Shown here one piece after another: positions 8,108-16,396 of a DNA stretch of 20,000 bases (positions are counted from its first letter, which is position 1; each line of letters starts with the position of its first letter). The stretch is from sequence record DRR378314_656; one strand, given 5' to 3'. Under the pieces are notes generated by a model that was given only the letters and a program-made list of their open reading frames with translations, was not told the origin of the DNA and did not search any database. The position numbers and the translations under genes were made by a program.

Positions 8108-8730
8108 ACCCGTGGGACCGTTACGTTGTCCCGCACCTGGTCTCGTGCGCCTGCCAGACGAAGCCGATCATGAAGCAGCGTGAGAAGGTGGTGCCGCAGG
8201 CAAGCGGCCGCGTTCTGGAGATCGGATCAGGGTCCGGCACGAATTTCGCGCTGTATGATGCCAGCAAGATTGACCATCTTTACGCGCTGGAGCCATCCGA
8301 AGTGATGTTGGACAAGGCGCGGCGAGCGGCTGGCAGCCTTGGCATTGGACACCATATTGACTTTCTCCAGACCGGCGCGGAAGCCATTCCGCTCGAAGAC
8401 AATTCGATCGACACAGTCGTGATCACCTTTGTGCTCTGCACCATCCCGGATTGGGAAGCGGCGCTGAAGGAAGTCCGCCGTGTGCTGAAGCCCGGCGGGA
8501 AGATCCTGTTCTCTGAACACGGCCTCGCGCCAGATGAAGGCGTCGCGAAATGGCAGCGCCGGATCGAGCCGATCTGGAAGCCCCTGGCGGGGGGCTGTCA
8601 CCTGACGCGCGATACTGAGGCCATGCTGGCGACGGCGGGGTTCCGACTGCACGAAGCTGAAACCATGTATCTGCCATCGACGCCCAAGATTGCTGGCTTT
8701 GTCAGCTGGGGCAGCGCCGTCGCGGTGTAG
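8104..8730 (+). CDS. Class I SAM-dependent methyltransferase (Methyltransf_11, METTL7-like)
   Basis: VLEIGSGSG, DTVV.TFVLC, RVLKPGG....EH and GGCHLTR. Confidence 0.92.
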   Translation: MNPWDRYVVPHLVSCACQTKPIMKQREKVVPQASGRVLEIGSGSGTNFALYDASKIDHLYALEPSEVMLDKARRAAGSLGIGHHIDFLQTGAEAIPLEDNSIDTVVITFVLCTIPDWEAALKEVRRVLKPGGKILFSEHGLAPDEGVAKWQRRIEPIWKPLAGGCHLTRDTEAMLATAGFRLHEAETMYLPSTPKIAGFVSWGSAVAV

Positions 8731-8739
8731 AACACGGGC

Positions 8740-9573
8740 GTGCGACAGCCTCCCTATCTGCCTTTCCTGGATGGTCCACCCGGTATTGCGCCGGGGCTGA
8801 AGCCAATCGCGCCAGAGGCTTGGTTGCTGCCGGATACAGAGGCCGGGTCATGGCTCACCGACAAGCGCGCCCTGATGCGGGAGCAGCGCGATGCCGTGTT
8901 CGCGGCGCGCGATGCGGATGCGGAGATGGCAGAAGTGGCGGAGGCCGTGCTGGCCGTGGCCGGCCCTGCGCGCGGTGACTGGCCCACGGCGCTGGAGGCG
9001 GCGTCGTCCACCGTGTCAGATGATCTCTGCGTGATGATCCGCGACCAAGACGGGCTGTGGCGATTGAGAGCCGCCAGCCTGTGCGCGCCGACCTATTGGC
9101 GCTTGTCTGAAAAGTTCGAGCAGCCGCTCGGCGGCCTGCACAGCCCGGTGCCCGGCGGCGATCCTGGACTGGCAAAGCGCATCTCCCGCATCTTTGACGG
9201 CCTGCGCCCGGATTTCATCCTTGAGCGGTGCAATTGGTCGGTCCAGCCAGGCAATGCGCGGTTCACGCCCAGCTCTGCGCCCCTGAAGGAAATGGCGGCG
9301 GAGATGGCCGAGGCGGATGCGCTGGACCAGCTTCACCTGCGGGTGGAGCGCCAGACGATCCGCAAGATGCCGGAGACAGGCGCGGTGCTGTTCACCATTC
9401 GCGTGGTGAATGATCCGCTGCGGGCCGCGCTGGCCACGCCGGGCCATATCGACGCCTTTGCCGATGCGTGGGCGCGGGTTGATCCTGGCATGTATCGCTA
9501 CAAGGGCTGGCAGGTGTATGACCGGCTGATCGGCGCAGCACTGGACGCTGCCCGGAATCCCGTTAGTTCCTGA
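8740..9573 (+). CDS. DUF3445 / heme-dependent oxidative N-demethylase alpha-subunit-like protein
   Basis: DDLC.M, LCAPTYW...EK, H.PVPG, ER.NW and LRVERQT.R..P.TGAVLFTIR. Confidence 0.87.
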   Translation: MRQPPYLPFLDGPPGIAPGLKPIAPEAWLLPDTEAGSWLTDKRALMREQRDAVFAARDADAEMAEVAEAVLAVAGPARGDWPTALEAASSTVSDDLCVMIRDQDGLWRLRAASLCAPTYWRLSEKFEQPLGGLHSPVPGGDPGLAKRISRIFDGLRPDFILERCNWSVQPGNARFTPSSAPLKEMAAEMAEADALDQLHLRVERQTIRKMPETGAVLFTIRVVNDPLRAALATPGHIDAFADAWARVDPGMYRYKGWQVYDRLIGAALDAARNPVSS

Positions 9574-9600
9574 TGTGACAGAAAAGACGAGGCAGGACCG

Positions 9601-10038
9601 ATGAAATACTGGCTGTTCAAATCCGAACCCGACGCCTGGAGCTGGGACGAGCAAAAGGCCAAGGGCGATGAGGGCGAAGAGTGGAATGGCATCCGCAATT
9701 ACCAGGCCCGCAATTTCATGCGCGACATGAAGATCGGCGACCGCGCTTTCTTCTATCATTCAAACAAGGGGCTGGAAGTGGTTGGCGTGGTGGAGATCTG
9801 CGCCGAAAGCGCGCCAGATTCCACGACCGATGACCCGCGCTGGGACTGCGTGCACGTCAAGGCGCTGGCCGACATGCCCAAGCCTGTGAAGCTGAAGGAT
9901 GTGAAGGCCAATCCGAAGCTGGAAGATATGAGCCTTGTGACCTCGTTCCGCCTGTCGGTGCAGCCGGTGAAGGCGAATGAGTGGAATGAGGTCTGCCGCA
10001 TGGGCGGTTTGGACCCCAAGACGCTGAAGCCCGTTTGA
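9601..10038 (+). CDS. EVE domain protein (PUA-like)
   Basis: YWLFKSEP, W.GIRNYQARNFMR.M..GD..FFYHS and RLSVQPV. Confidence 0.95.
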   Translation: MKYWLFKSEPDAWSWDEQKAKGDEGEEWNGIRNYQARNFMRDMKIGDRAFFYHSNKGLEVVGVVEICAESAPDSTTDDPRWDCVHVKALADMPKPVKLKDVKANPKLEDMSLVTSFRLSVQPVKANEWNEVCRMGGLDPKTLKPV

Positions 10039-10080
10039 GGCCGCTTGAAAAAAGCTCGAAAAAGCGTCTGGCGAAAAAAA

Positions 10081-10095
10081 TGTTAGCGTGCAACA
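10081..10095. promoter_or_regulatory. Possible LacI-family (XylR-like) operator upstream of the GH3 gene
   Basis: TGTTAGCGtgcAACA; the left half matches the Caulobacter XylR-type TGTTAGCG half-site, the right half is imperfect. Confidence 0.4.
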
Positions 10096-10161
10096 ATACG
10101 CCTCGATAAGGGGGCGTATTGATCCATTTCGCCCCGTGAGAAACGTCACAGGGAGAACGGC

Positions 10162-12894
10162 ATGGCTATGCGTCGGCATGGAATACTCAACAAATTCAAC
10201 TTATTAGGCGCTGCGGCCTCTGTCGCTTTGCTTGGGGGCTGCGCGACGGCCCCGGCCGAGGAAGCCCAGGCAGACCTCGTTGAAGCGCCGGTCGAGGCGA
10301 CGCCACAGATTCCGCCCTATATGGACGCCTCCCTCAGCCCGGAAGCGCGGGCGAAAGACCTCGTCAGCCGCATGACGCTGGAGGAAAAAGCCAGCCAGAT
10401 GTATGACAAGGCCGCTGCCATTCCGCGCCTTGGCATACATGAGTACAATTGGTGGAACGAGGCGCTGCACGGCGTCGCGCGCGCGGGTCATGCGACCGTG
10501 TTCCCGCAGGCCATCGGCATGGCAGCCACCTGGGATGAAGACCTGATGCTGGATGTTGCCACGGTCATCTCTGATGAGGGCCGCGCCAAGCATCACTATT
10601 ACGCCTCTGAAGATGTCTACGCCATGTATGGCGGCCTGACCTTCTGGTCTCCGAACATCAACATCTTCCGCGATCCGCGCTGGGGCAGGGGACAGGAGAC
10701 CTATGGGGAAGATCCGTTCCTGACAGGCCGCATGGCCGTGAATTTCATCAGCGGCATTCAGGGCGATGACGAGAAATACCTGAAGGCGATCGCGACCGTG
10801 AAGCATTACGCTGTGCATTCCGGGCCGGAGCCGTCGCGCCACCGCGATGACTATCACGCATCTGATGCCGACCTCTGGGAAACCTATCTGCCGGCCTTCA
10901 AGATGGCGTTCGATGAGACCGATGTCGGCTCTGTCATGTGCGCGTACAATGCTGTCTGGGGCGCACCAGCCTGTGGCAGTGAACGCCTGATGGTCGACCT
11001 GTTGCGCGATGAGCTGAAGTTTGACGGCTATGTCGTCTCTGATTGCGGCGCGATTGGTGACTTCTACTATGATGAGGAAAAGCATGCAGCGGGTGAAGCG
11101 CCGTATGCGGCACATGATTATGTGAACACACGCGCCGAAGCGGCCGCGCTCGCCGTGAAGATGGGCACGGACCTCAATTGTGGTGATGGCGAAGGCAACA
11201 AGATGGACGCCCTGCCAGACGCCGTGGCGCAAGGCCTGATCGATGAGGCGACCATCGACCAGTCGGTTGAGCGGCTTTACACCGCCCTGTTCCGCCTTGG
11301 CATGTATGATGACCCTGCAGATGTGCACTGGGCGCAGACACCGCACGAGATCGTGGCCAGTGAGCCGCACATCAACTTGTCTGCAGATGCTGCGCGTCAG
11401 TCCCTCGTCCTGCTGAAGAATGATGGCATTCTGCCCCTGGCGGCGGATGCGAAAGTTGCCGTAATTGGTCCGAATGCCGACAATTGGTGGACGCTGGTTG
11501 CCAATTATTATGGTCGCCCGACGCAGCCCGTCACGGCGCTGGAGGGCATCAAGGCAAAGATCGGCGAAGAGAATGTCACCTATGCGGTGGGATCTACGAT
11601 CGCAGGCGACAACTACTCGGACTACAAGCCTGTGCCGGCATCAGTCCTCTTCCACGAAGATGCGGATGGCAATCTCGTGTCCGGCGTGAAGGCGGCCTAT
11701 TACGACAACAAGGAGCTCGAAGGCGCACCGACGCTGGAGCAGGTCGAATCGAACATCGATTTCTACTGGGATCGTACGCCCAGCACGGGCGGTCTGAATG
11801 ATGAGTTCAGCGCAACCTGGGAAGGTGTGATCGTTCCGGAGACGGATGGTGTCTATCGCTTCCAGCCCTCACGCTGGACCGAGGTGACCATCAATGGCGA
11901 AACCGTCGGCGAGATGGACAATGTCGAGATGCAGGCCGGCGAATCCTACGCTGTCCGCATGGTGCTGAAGTTCGACAGTGGCTGGCCGCGCGATCAGCTG
12001 GACAAGTATGCCTATCTCAACTGGACGGATGTTTCGCGCGATCTTGAAGCCGAAGCCCTGGCGGCAACTGAAGGCGCGGATGTGATCCTGTTCTTCGGCG
12101 GCATCGATGCCAATCTGGAAGGCGAGGAGATGGGCGTGGAGCTGGACGGCTTCCTTGGTGGTGACCGTACGCACATCAAGCTGCCGGAAAGCCAGGAAAA
12201 GCTGCTGAAGAAACTCCACGCCACGGGCAAGCCGGTCGTGATGGTGAACTTCTCGGGCTCCGCCATAGCGCTGAACTGGGAAGATGAGAACCTGCCGGCC
12301 ATCGTGCAGGCCTTCTATCCGGGCGAGCAGGCCGGCAAGGCAATCGCCGAATTGCTCTGGGGCGATTTCTCGCCGTCTGGCCGTTTGCCGGTAACGTTCT
12401 ACAAGTCAGTCGACGATTTGCCGGACTTCCTCGATTATTCGATGGCGAACCGGACCTACAAATACTTTGAGGGTGAGCCGCTCTACGCGTTCGGGCATGG
12501 CCTGTCCTACACCGACTTCACCTATGGTGGCTTGTCGGTGCCGGAGACGCATGACGCGTCCGAGCCGCTGACGGTCAGCGTGACGGTGACGAATTCCGGC
12601 GACATGGCGGGCAAGGAAGTGGTGCAGGCCTACATCCAGCATCAGGACCGCGCGCATGAGGGCGTACCGCGCATTGAACTGGTCGCCTTTGACGTGGTGG
12701 AGCTGGCACCGGGCGAGAGCGCGGAGATTCAGTTCGATCTCTCGCCAGACCGGATCGGCTATTACGACACCGACGGCAATCCGGTGACGCCAGAAGGCAG
12801 CACGGCAATTCTCTCAATTGGTGCCGGCCAGCCTGGCTTCGTGAGCGATGAAGATGCCCTGACAGCTGAAGTGACGTTCACATCCGCCGAATAG
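10162..12894 (+). CDS. Glycoside hydrolase family 3 (beta-xylosidase/beta-glucosidase) lipoprotein with PA14 insertion and FnIII-like C-terminal domain
   Basis: Lipobox LLGGC; WWNEALHG, FPQAIG, RDPRWGRGQETYGEDP, KHY, VVSDCGAI (nucleophile Asp) and PSGRLP.TFY. PA14-like segment around IDFYW...FSATWEG. Confidence 0.95.
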   Translation: MAMRRHGILNKFNLLGAAASVALLGGCATAPAEEAQADLVEAPVEATPQIPPYMDASLSPEARAKDLVSRMTLEEKASQMYDKAAAIPRLGIHEYNWWNEALHGVARAGHATVFPQAIGMAATWDEDLMLDVATVISDEGRAKHHYYASEDVYAMYGGLTFWSPNINIFRDPRWGRGQETYGEDPFLTGRMAVNFISGIQGDDEKYLKAIATVKHYAVHSGPEPSRHRDDYHASDADLWETYLPAFKMAFDETDVGSVMCAYNAVWGAPACGSERLMVDLLRDELKFDGYVVSDCGAIGDFYYDEEKHAAGEAPYAAHDYVNTRAEAAALAVKMGTDLNCGDGEGNKMDALPDAVAQGLIDEATIDQSVERLYTALFRLGMYDDPADVHWAQTPHEIVASEPHINLSADAARQSLVLLKNDGILPLAADAKVAVIGPNADNWWTLVANYYGRPTQPVTALEGIKAKIGEENVTYAVGSTIAGDNYSDYKPVPASVLFHEDADGNLVSGVKAAYYDNKELEGAPTLEQVESNIDFYWDRTPSTGGLNDEFSATWEGVIVPETDGVYRFQPSRWTEVTINGETVGEMDNVEMQAGESYAVRMVLKFDSGWPRDQLDKYAYLNWTDVSRDLEAEALAATEGADVILFFGGIDANLEGEEMGVELDGFLGGDRTHIKLPESQEKLLKKLHATGKPVVMVNFSGSAIALNWEDENLPAIVQAFYPGEQAGKAIAELLWGDFSPSGRLPVTFYKSVDDLPDFLDYSMANRTYKYFEGEPLYAFGHGLSYTDFTYGGLSVPETHDASEPLTVSVTVTNSGDMAGKEVVQAYIQHQDRAHEGVPRIELVAFDVVELAPGESAEIQFDLSPDRIGYYDTDGNPVTPEGSTAILSIGAGQPGFVSDEDALTAEVTFTSAE

Positions 12895-12915
12895 GCGACA
12901 CCTGATTCAATTCGG

Positions 12916-12945
12916 AAAGGGCCTGCCATCACGGTGGGCCCTTTT
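12916..12945. terminator. Rho-independent terminator after the GH3 gene (possibly bidirectional)
   Basis: AAAGGGCCTGCC-atcac-GGTGGGCCCTTTT, 12-bp stem with A/T flanks. Confidence 0.8.
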
Positions 12946-12979
12946 GTCCAAATGGCCATGTTTGTGTGCAAGAAAGCCT

Positions 12980-13135
12980 GAAATGGAAAAGACGATCATG
13001 GAGCCAGACAGGGTGTCTGCCTCCACAATCGTCCCGCGTCCCACTTTGGCAATGCAGTATCGGTATGCCACCCAGCCTGGTGTCTTGATGGTGGTACCGA
13101 TCCAGAAACTCAGTGCTTCTGAACCTCCACATTGG
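12980..13135 (-). ncRNA. Putative structured small RNA divergent from the TetR gene
   Basis: Minus-strand promoter TTGTCG-N17-TATGTA. Three hairpins (13099-13125, 13059-13101, 12991-13033), two of which have G-U pairs that only work on the minus strand. The last is followed by UUUUCCAUUUC. No credible ORF. Confidence 0.5.
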
Positions 13136-13170
13136 TGTTTTTACATACCACTGGTATGTTAGCTCGACAA
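13132..13170. promoter_or_regulatory. Perfect palindromic TetR operator overlapped by divergent sigma70-like promoters
   Basis: ACATACCA-c-TGGTATGT (13143-13159). Plus strand TTGGTG-N17-TATGTT (13132-13160); minus strand TTGTCG-N17-TATGTA (13170-13142). Confidence 0.72.
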
Positions 13171-13183
13171 CCGCAAAGCTAAT

Positions 13184-13771
13184 ATGCCCAGATCAAGAAC
13201 GAGAAATGCTCCCGAAACGCGCGCCGCCATCCTGGAAGCGGCCCGGCAGCGCTTTGCCTCGGAGGGATTTGAAGCGAGCCTGTCCAGCATCGTCGCTGAT
13301 GCCGGAATTACGAAAGGGGCGCTGTTCCACCATTTCGAGAACAAGCAGGCCCTGTATCTTGAAGTCTGGACCAATCTGCAGACCGACATGGCGAGGGATA
13401 CGCAGAATGCTGCACTTGCCAACCGGTCTCCGGACGATCCCTACCAGGCGATTCTCGCAGGGTGCCGTCGCTATCTGGAATGGACCACGCGGCCGGATTT
13501 CCAGCGCATTGTCCTGATTGAGGGGCGGGGTGTGCTCGGCATGACGGAATGGATGTCGAATGAGAGAGATGTCGGACGAGAAGTCGTGCGCTCGGCGATC
13601 GGGTATCTCGTTCAGCGCGGTTTGATCGCCGACGACCGCGCTTCAACGCTTTCCGTTATTGTGCAGGGGGCATTGCACGGGGCAGGCCTGGCGCTTGCCC
13701 GCAACATAGACGGCGTTACCGTGGATTCGATTTGCTGCGCGCTGGATAGCATGCTGCGCCAGATGAAATAG
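13184..13771 (+). CDS. TetR/AcrR family transcriptional regulator
   Basis: R.AILEAA...FA..GF..SL..I...AGITKGALFHHFENK HTH signature. Confidence 0.95.
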   Translation: MPRSRTRNAPETRAAILEAARQRFASEGFEASLSSIVADAGITKGALFHHFENKQALYLEVWTNLQTDMARDTQNAALANRSPDDPYQAILAGCRRYLEWTTRPDFQRIVLIEGRGVLGMTEWMSNERDVGREVVRSAIGYLVQRGLIADDRASTLSVIVQGALHGAGLALARNIDGVTVDSICCALDSMLRQMK

Positions 13772-13779
13772 TCTGCCGC

Positions 13780-14442
13780 TCACGATATCGGGATCGGTAT
13801 GCCATCGGTCGCGGGATTGACGCGCCACCAGCCAGCAATCGCGTAGCGCAGGCGCTCGGTGCGCTGCACGGCGTGAGGGATTGTCTCTGATAGCATCATC
13901 ACGACCTCGCCGCCTTCCGGCACGAGCGTGGCGACATGCGGCGCGTCTTCGCTTGCCCCTTCCGGCCAGACGAGCAGGGCGCCGCCATCGGCTGCGTCCC
14001 ATGTGTCATTGAGATAGACAACCAGCGACACGATACGGTTTCGCGCGCCTTCAAAACTGTCGAGATGGCGATCATAGAAGCCGCCTTCCGGATAGACGGC
14101 GAAACAGGCTTCGAATTCGAACAGGCCCAGCATCAGATGGCGATTGAGCGCCTGTCGCCAGGTTTCGGCCCAGACCGAGAAGGCGCGCTGCGCATCGCTT
14201 GAATCGTCCAGCCATGTAATGCGGGTCTTGCGAATGGAGCGGTCGACCTGAAAGGCATCGTCGCGGCCAATACCGGCAGGCGCCAGCGCGGCCTCCGCAT
14301 CCAGCGTCTCGATCTCTTCGCGCAAGGCCCGCAACAAGGTGTCCGGCAGCAGGCCGGGCTGCCATGACCAGCCTTTGTCGGCGAGGTCATCCACCACGCA
14401 GCCGATACGGTTGTCACCCGGGATGGGAGGAGGGGCGATCAT
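13780..14442 (-). CDS. 2OG-Fe(II) oxygenase, prolyl-4-hydroxylase (EGLN/PHD, SM-20)-like
   Basis: HLD...H facial triad (RHLDSF, IPHAV), SLVVYLN..W...DGG.L and R...AGW. Confidence 0.9.
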   Translation of the reverse strand: MIAPPPIPGDNRIGCVVDDLADKGWSWQPGLLPDTLLRALREEIETLDAEAALAPAGIGRDDAFQVDRSIRKTRITWLDDSSDAQRAFSVWAETWRQALNRHLMLGLFEFEACFAVYPEGGFYDRHLDSFEGARNRIVSLVVYLNDTWDAADGGALLVWPEGASEDAPHVATLVPEGGEVVMMLSETIPHAVQRTERLRYAIAGWWRVNPATDGIPIPIS

Positions 14443-14476
14443 CGGTGGGTCAATTGTCGGGAGCGCGTTGGCCGGA

Positions 14477-15658
14477 TCAGGCCTTGTGCGCTGCCATCAG
14501 GTCCGCAAAGCGCTGGAACAGGTAGAAGCTGTCCTGCGGGCCGGGGCTCGCCTCCGGGTGATGCTGCACGGAGATGATCGGGCGGTCTTTCACGGCGAGG
14601 CCGGAATTCGTGCCGTCGAACAGCGAGCGATGGCTTTCTTCCACGCCTGCCGGAAGCGTCGACGGATCAACTGTAAAGCCGTGATTCATGGACACGATCT
14701 CTACCTTGCCGGTCGCCAGGTCTTTTACCGGGTGGTTCGCGCCATGATGGCCTTGCGCCATTTTCATGGTCTTCGCGCCCAGCGACAGGGCCAGCAATTG
14801 GTGGCCGAGGCAGATGCCGAGGATCGGCAGGCCCTTGGCGATGACGGCGCGGATCATGTCGCCGGAACGCGCGATGGTGGCCGCCGGATCGCCGGGGCCG
14901 TTCGAGAAGACCACGCCATCAGGGTTCAGGGCGAAGATCTCTTCGGCGGTGGCATCGCCATTCACGACGCTGGTGCGGATGCCGACCTGGGCGAGGTTGC
15001 GCAGGATGTTCTTCTTCACGCCGAAATCCACGACCACGACGTGATGGTCGGCGTTTTCCATGTCGCTGAAACCGCCGGCTACTTGCCAGAGGCGCTGAGC
15101 GTTTTCAAAAGGTGTGTCGGTGTCGACATCGGCCGCCAGATCGGCTGTCTCCAGCCCTTGCCAGCCGCGCGCGGCTTCAACCAGAGCATCAAGATCGATA
15201 TTGCCGTCGGGCTTGTTGCAGATCGCTGCCTTCTGCATGCCTTGCTCGCGTACGAGGCGAGTGATGGCGCGGGTGTCGACGCCGGACAGGGCCACGATGT
15301 TGCGGCGGGCCAGCCAGTCGCCGAATTCCTCGCCGGAACGCCAATTGGAAGCCGGTGTGATGGGTTCGCGGAAGATCGTGCCGCAAGCGCCATTTGCGCC
15401 CGGCGCCGAGGATTCCTCATGATCGTCAGGGTTTGAGCCCACATTGCCGATGTGCGGGAAGGTGAACAGCACGATCTGGGAAGAGTAGGAGGGGTCTGTC
15501 AGGATCTCCTGATAGCCTGTGATCGCGGTGTTGAAGCAGAGTTCACCCACATGAACACCTTCGGCGCCTGCGCCTGTCCCCAGGAAAATAGTGCCATCAG
15601 ACAAGGCGATGGCTCCCGTGGCGGTTGTGCTGGCTTGCTTTTTGCTCTGTTCGGACAT
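14477..15658 (-). CDS. carA: Carbamoyl-phosphate synthase small (glutaminase) subunit
   Basis: [42 protein letters not shown] and [14 protein letters not shown] at 15658 with GGAAGG upstream. Confidence 0.98.
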   Translation of the reverse strand: MSEQSKKQASTTATGAIALSDGTIFLGTGAGAEGVHVGELCFNTAITGYQEILTDPSYSSQIVLFTFPHIGNVGSNPDDHEESSAPGANGACGTIFREPITPASNWRSGEEFGDWLARRNIVALSGVDTRAITRLVREQGMQKAAICNKPDGNIDLDALVEAARGWQGLETADLAADVDTDTPFENAQRLWQVAGGFSDMENADHHVVVVDFGVKKNILRNLAQVGIRTSVVNGDATAEEIFALNPDGVVFSNGPGDPAATIARSGDMIRAVIAKGLPILGICLGHQLLALSLGAKTMKMAQGHHGANHPVKDLATGKVEIVSMNHGFTVDPSTLPAGVEESHRSLFDGTNSGLAVKDRPIISVQHHPEASPGPQDSFYLFQRFADLMAAHKA

Positions 15659-15721
15659 ATTTGGCTTGCCTTCCGGGATCATTGTCAGACGGTTAATACC
15701 TTCTGACGACATATTTTCCGG

Positions 15722-15751
15722 GTAATGGGACTGAGTCCCCGCAACGTCAAG
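15722..15751 (-). promoter_or_regulatory. Putative carA promoter
   Basis: Minus strand CTTGAC-N17-CCATTA, with a GANTC site (15733-15737) in the spacer. Confidence 0.45.
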
Positions 15752-15789
15752 CATAGTAAGACGTTGCTGGTGTGAAAGGCGTATTTTGA

Positions 15790-16302
15790 ATGGGCCACGA
15801 AGACAAATCTGACATGATGACCTTGAAGGCTCGTGTTGCGCAGGCGCTGAATGCGGAACGTGAGAAAGACGAAGGGTGCACGACCCGTTTGTCCACGCTT
15901 CGTCTCATCGACGCTGCCATTCGGGACAGGGATGTCTGCGCGCGTGGGCGCGGCGACACCGAGGGCTGCCCGGACGCGGATGTGCGCAACGTGCTGGAAA
16001 CCATGATTGCCCAACGTGAAACAGCCGCGCGCGAGCATGATGAAGCCTGTCGTATTGAAGATGCGATGCGCGAGCGCGAAGAAATCGAGATCATCCGGAA
16101 GTTTCTGCCGGAGCCATTATGCACCAAGGCGCTGGAAGCCGCCGTCGAAGAAGTGGTCGAGGATCTTGGCGCGACCAAGCTGAAAGACATTGGCCGCTGC
16201 ATGTCCGCGCTGAAAGAGCGTTATCCCGGCAAGATCGAATCCGGCCCCGCCGGAAAGGTGATGCGCAAGGCGCTCACGGCGAACAAGGAAGCGGCGAAAT
16301 AA
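15790..16302 (+). CDS. GatB/YqeY domain protein (cysteine-rich variant)
   Basis: [24 protein letters not shown] and GA...KDIG..M..LK..Y.G. Position between carA and dnaG is typical of Alphaproteobacteria. Alternative starts at 15814/15817. Confidence 0.88.
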   Translation: MGHEDKSDMMTLKARVAQALNAEREKDEGCTTRLSTLRLIDAAIRDRDVCARGRGDTEGCPDADVRNVLETMIAQRETAAREHDEACRIEDAMREREEIEIIRKFLPEPLCTKALEAAVEEVVEDLGATKLKDIGRCMSALKERYPGKIESGPAGKVMRKALTANKEAAK

Positions 16303-16335
16303 GCCGTACAGAGCTGGTTAATTCTGCGAAAGGTT

Positions 16336-16361
16336 GGAACTAAGGCCGGGAGCGGTCCGTT
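16336..16361 (+). promoter_or_regulatory. EcfG/SigT (general stress response) promoter
   Basis: GGAAC-N17-CGTT, an exact consensus match ending 35 nt upstream of ATG 16397. Confidence 0.72.
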
Positions 16362-16396
16362 CGTTGTGTGTTGATAGACAACGAAAGGACTTTGAA

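Noticed and set aside
10204-11370. 388-aa antisense ORF within GH3 (likewise 14339-15436 and 16733-17821)
   Set aside because: Antisense to well-supported genes; expected from GC-rich codon bias.
12929-13162. Small ORFs 12929-13132 (-) and 12944-13162 (+) as the TetR target
   Set aside because: No SD or recognisable motifs, and they run through terminator hairpins or the operator. The minus ORF starts near the predicted TSS, so it cannot be fully excluded without ribosome profiling.
14477-15658. carA without an adjacent carB
   Set aside because: Separation of carA and carB is common in Alphaproteobacteria.
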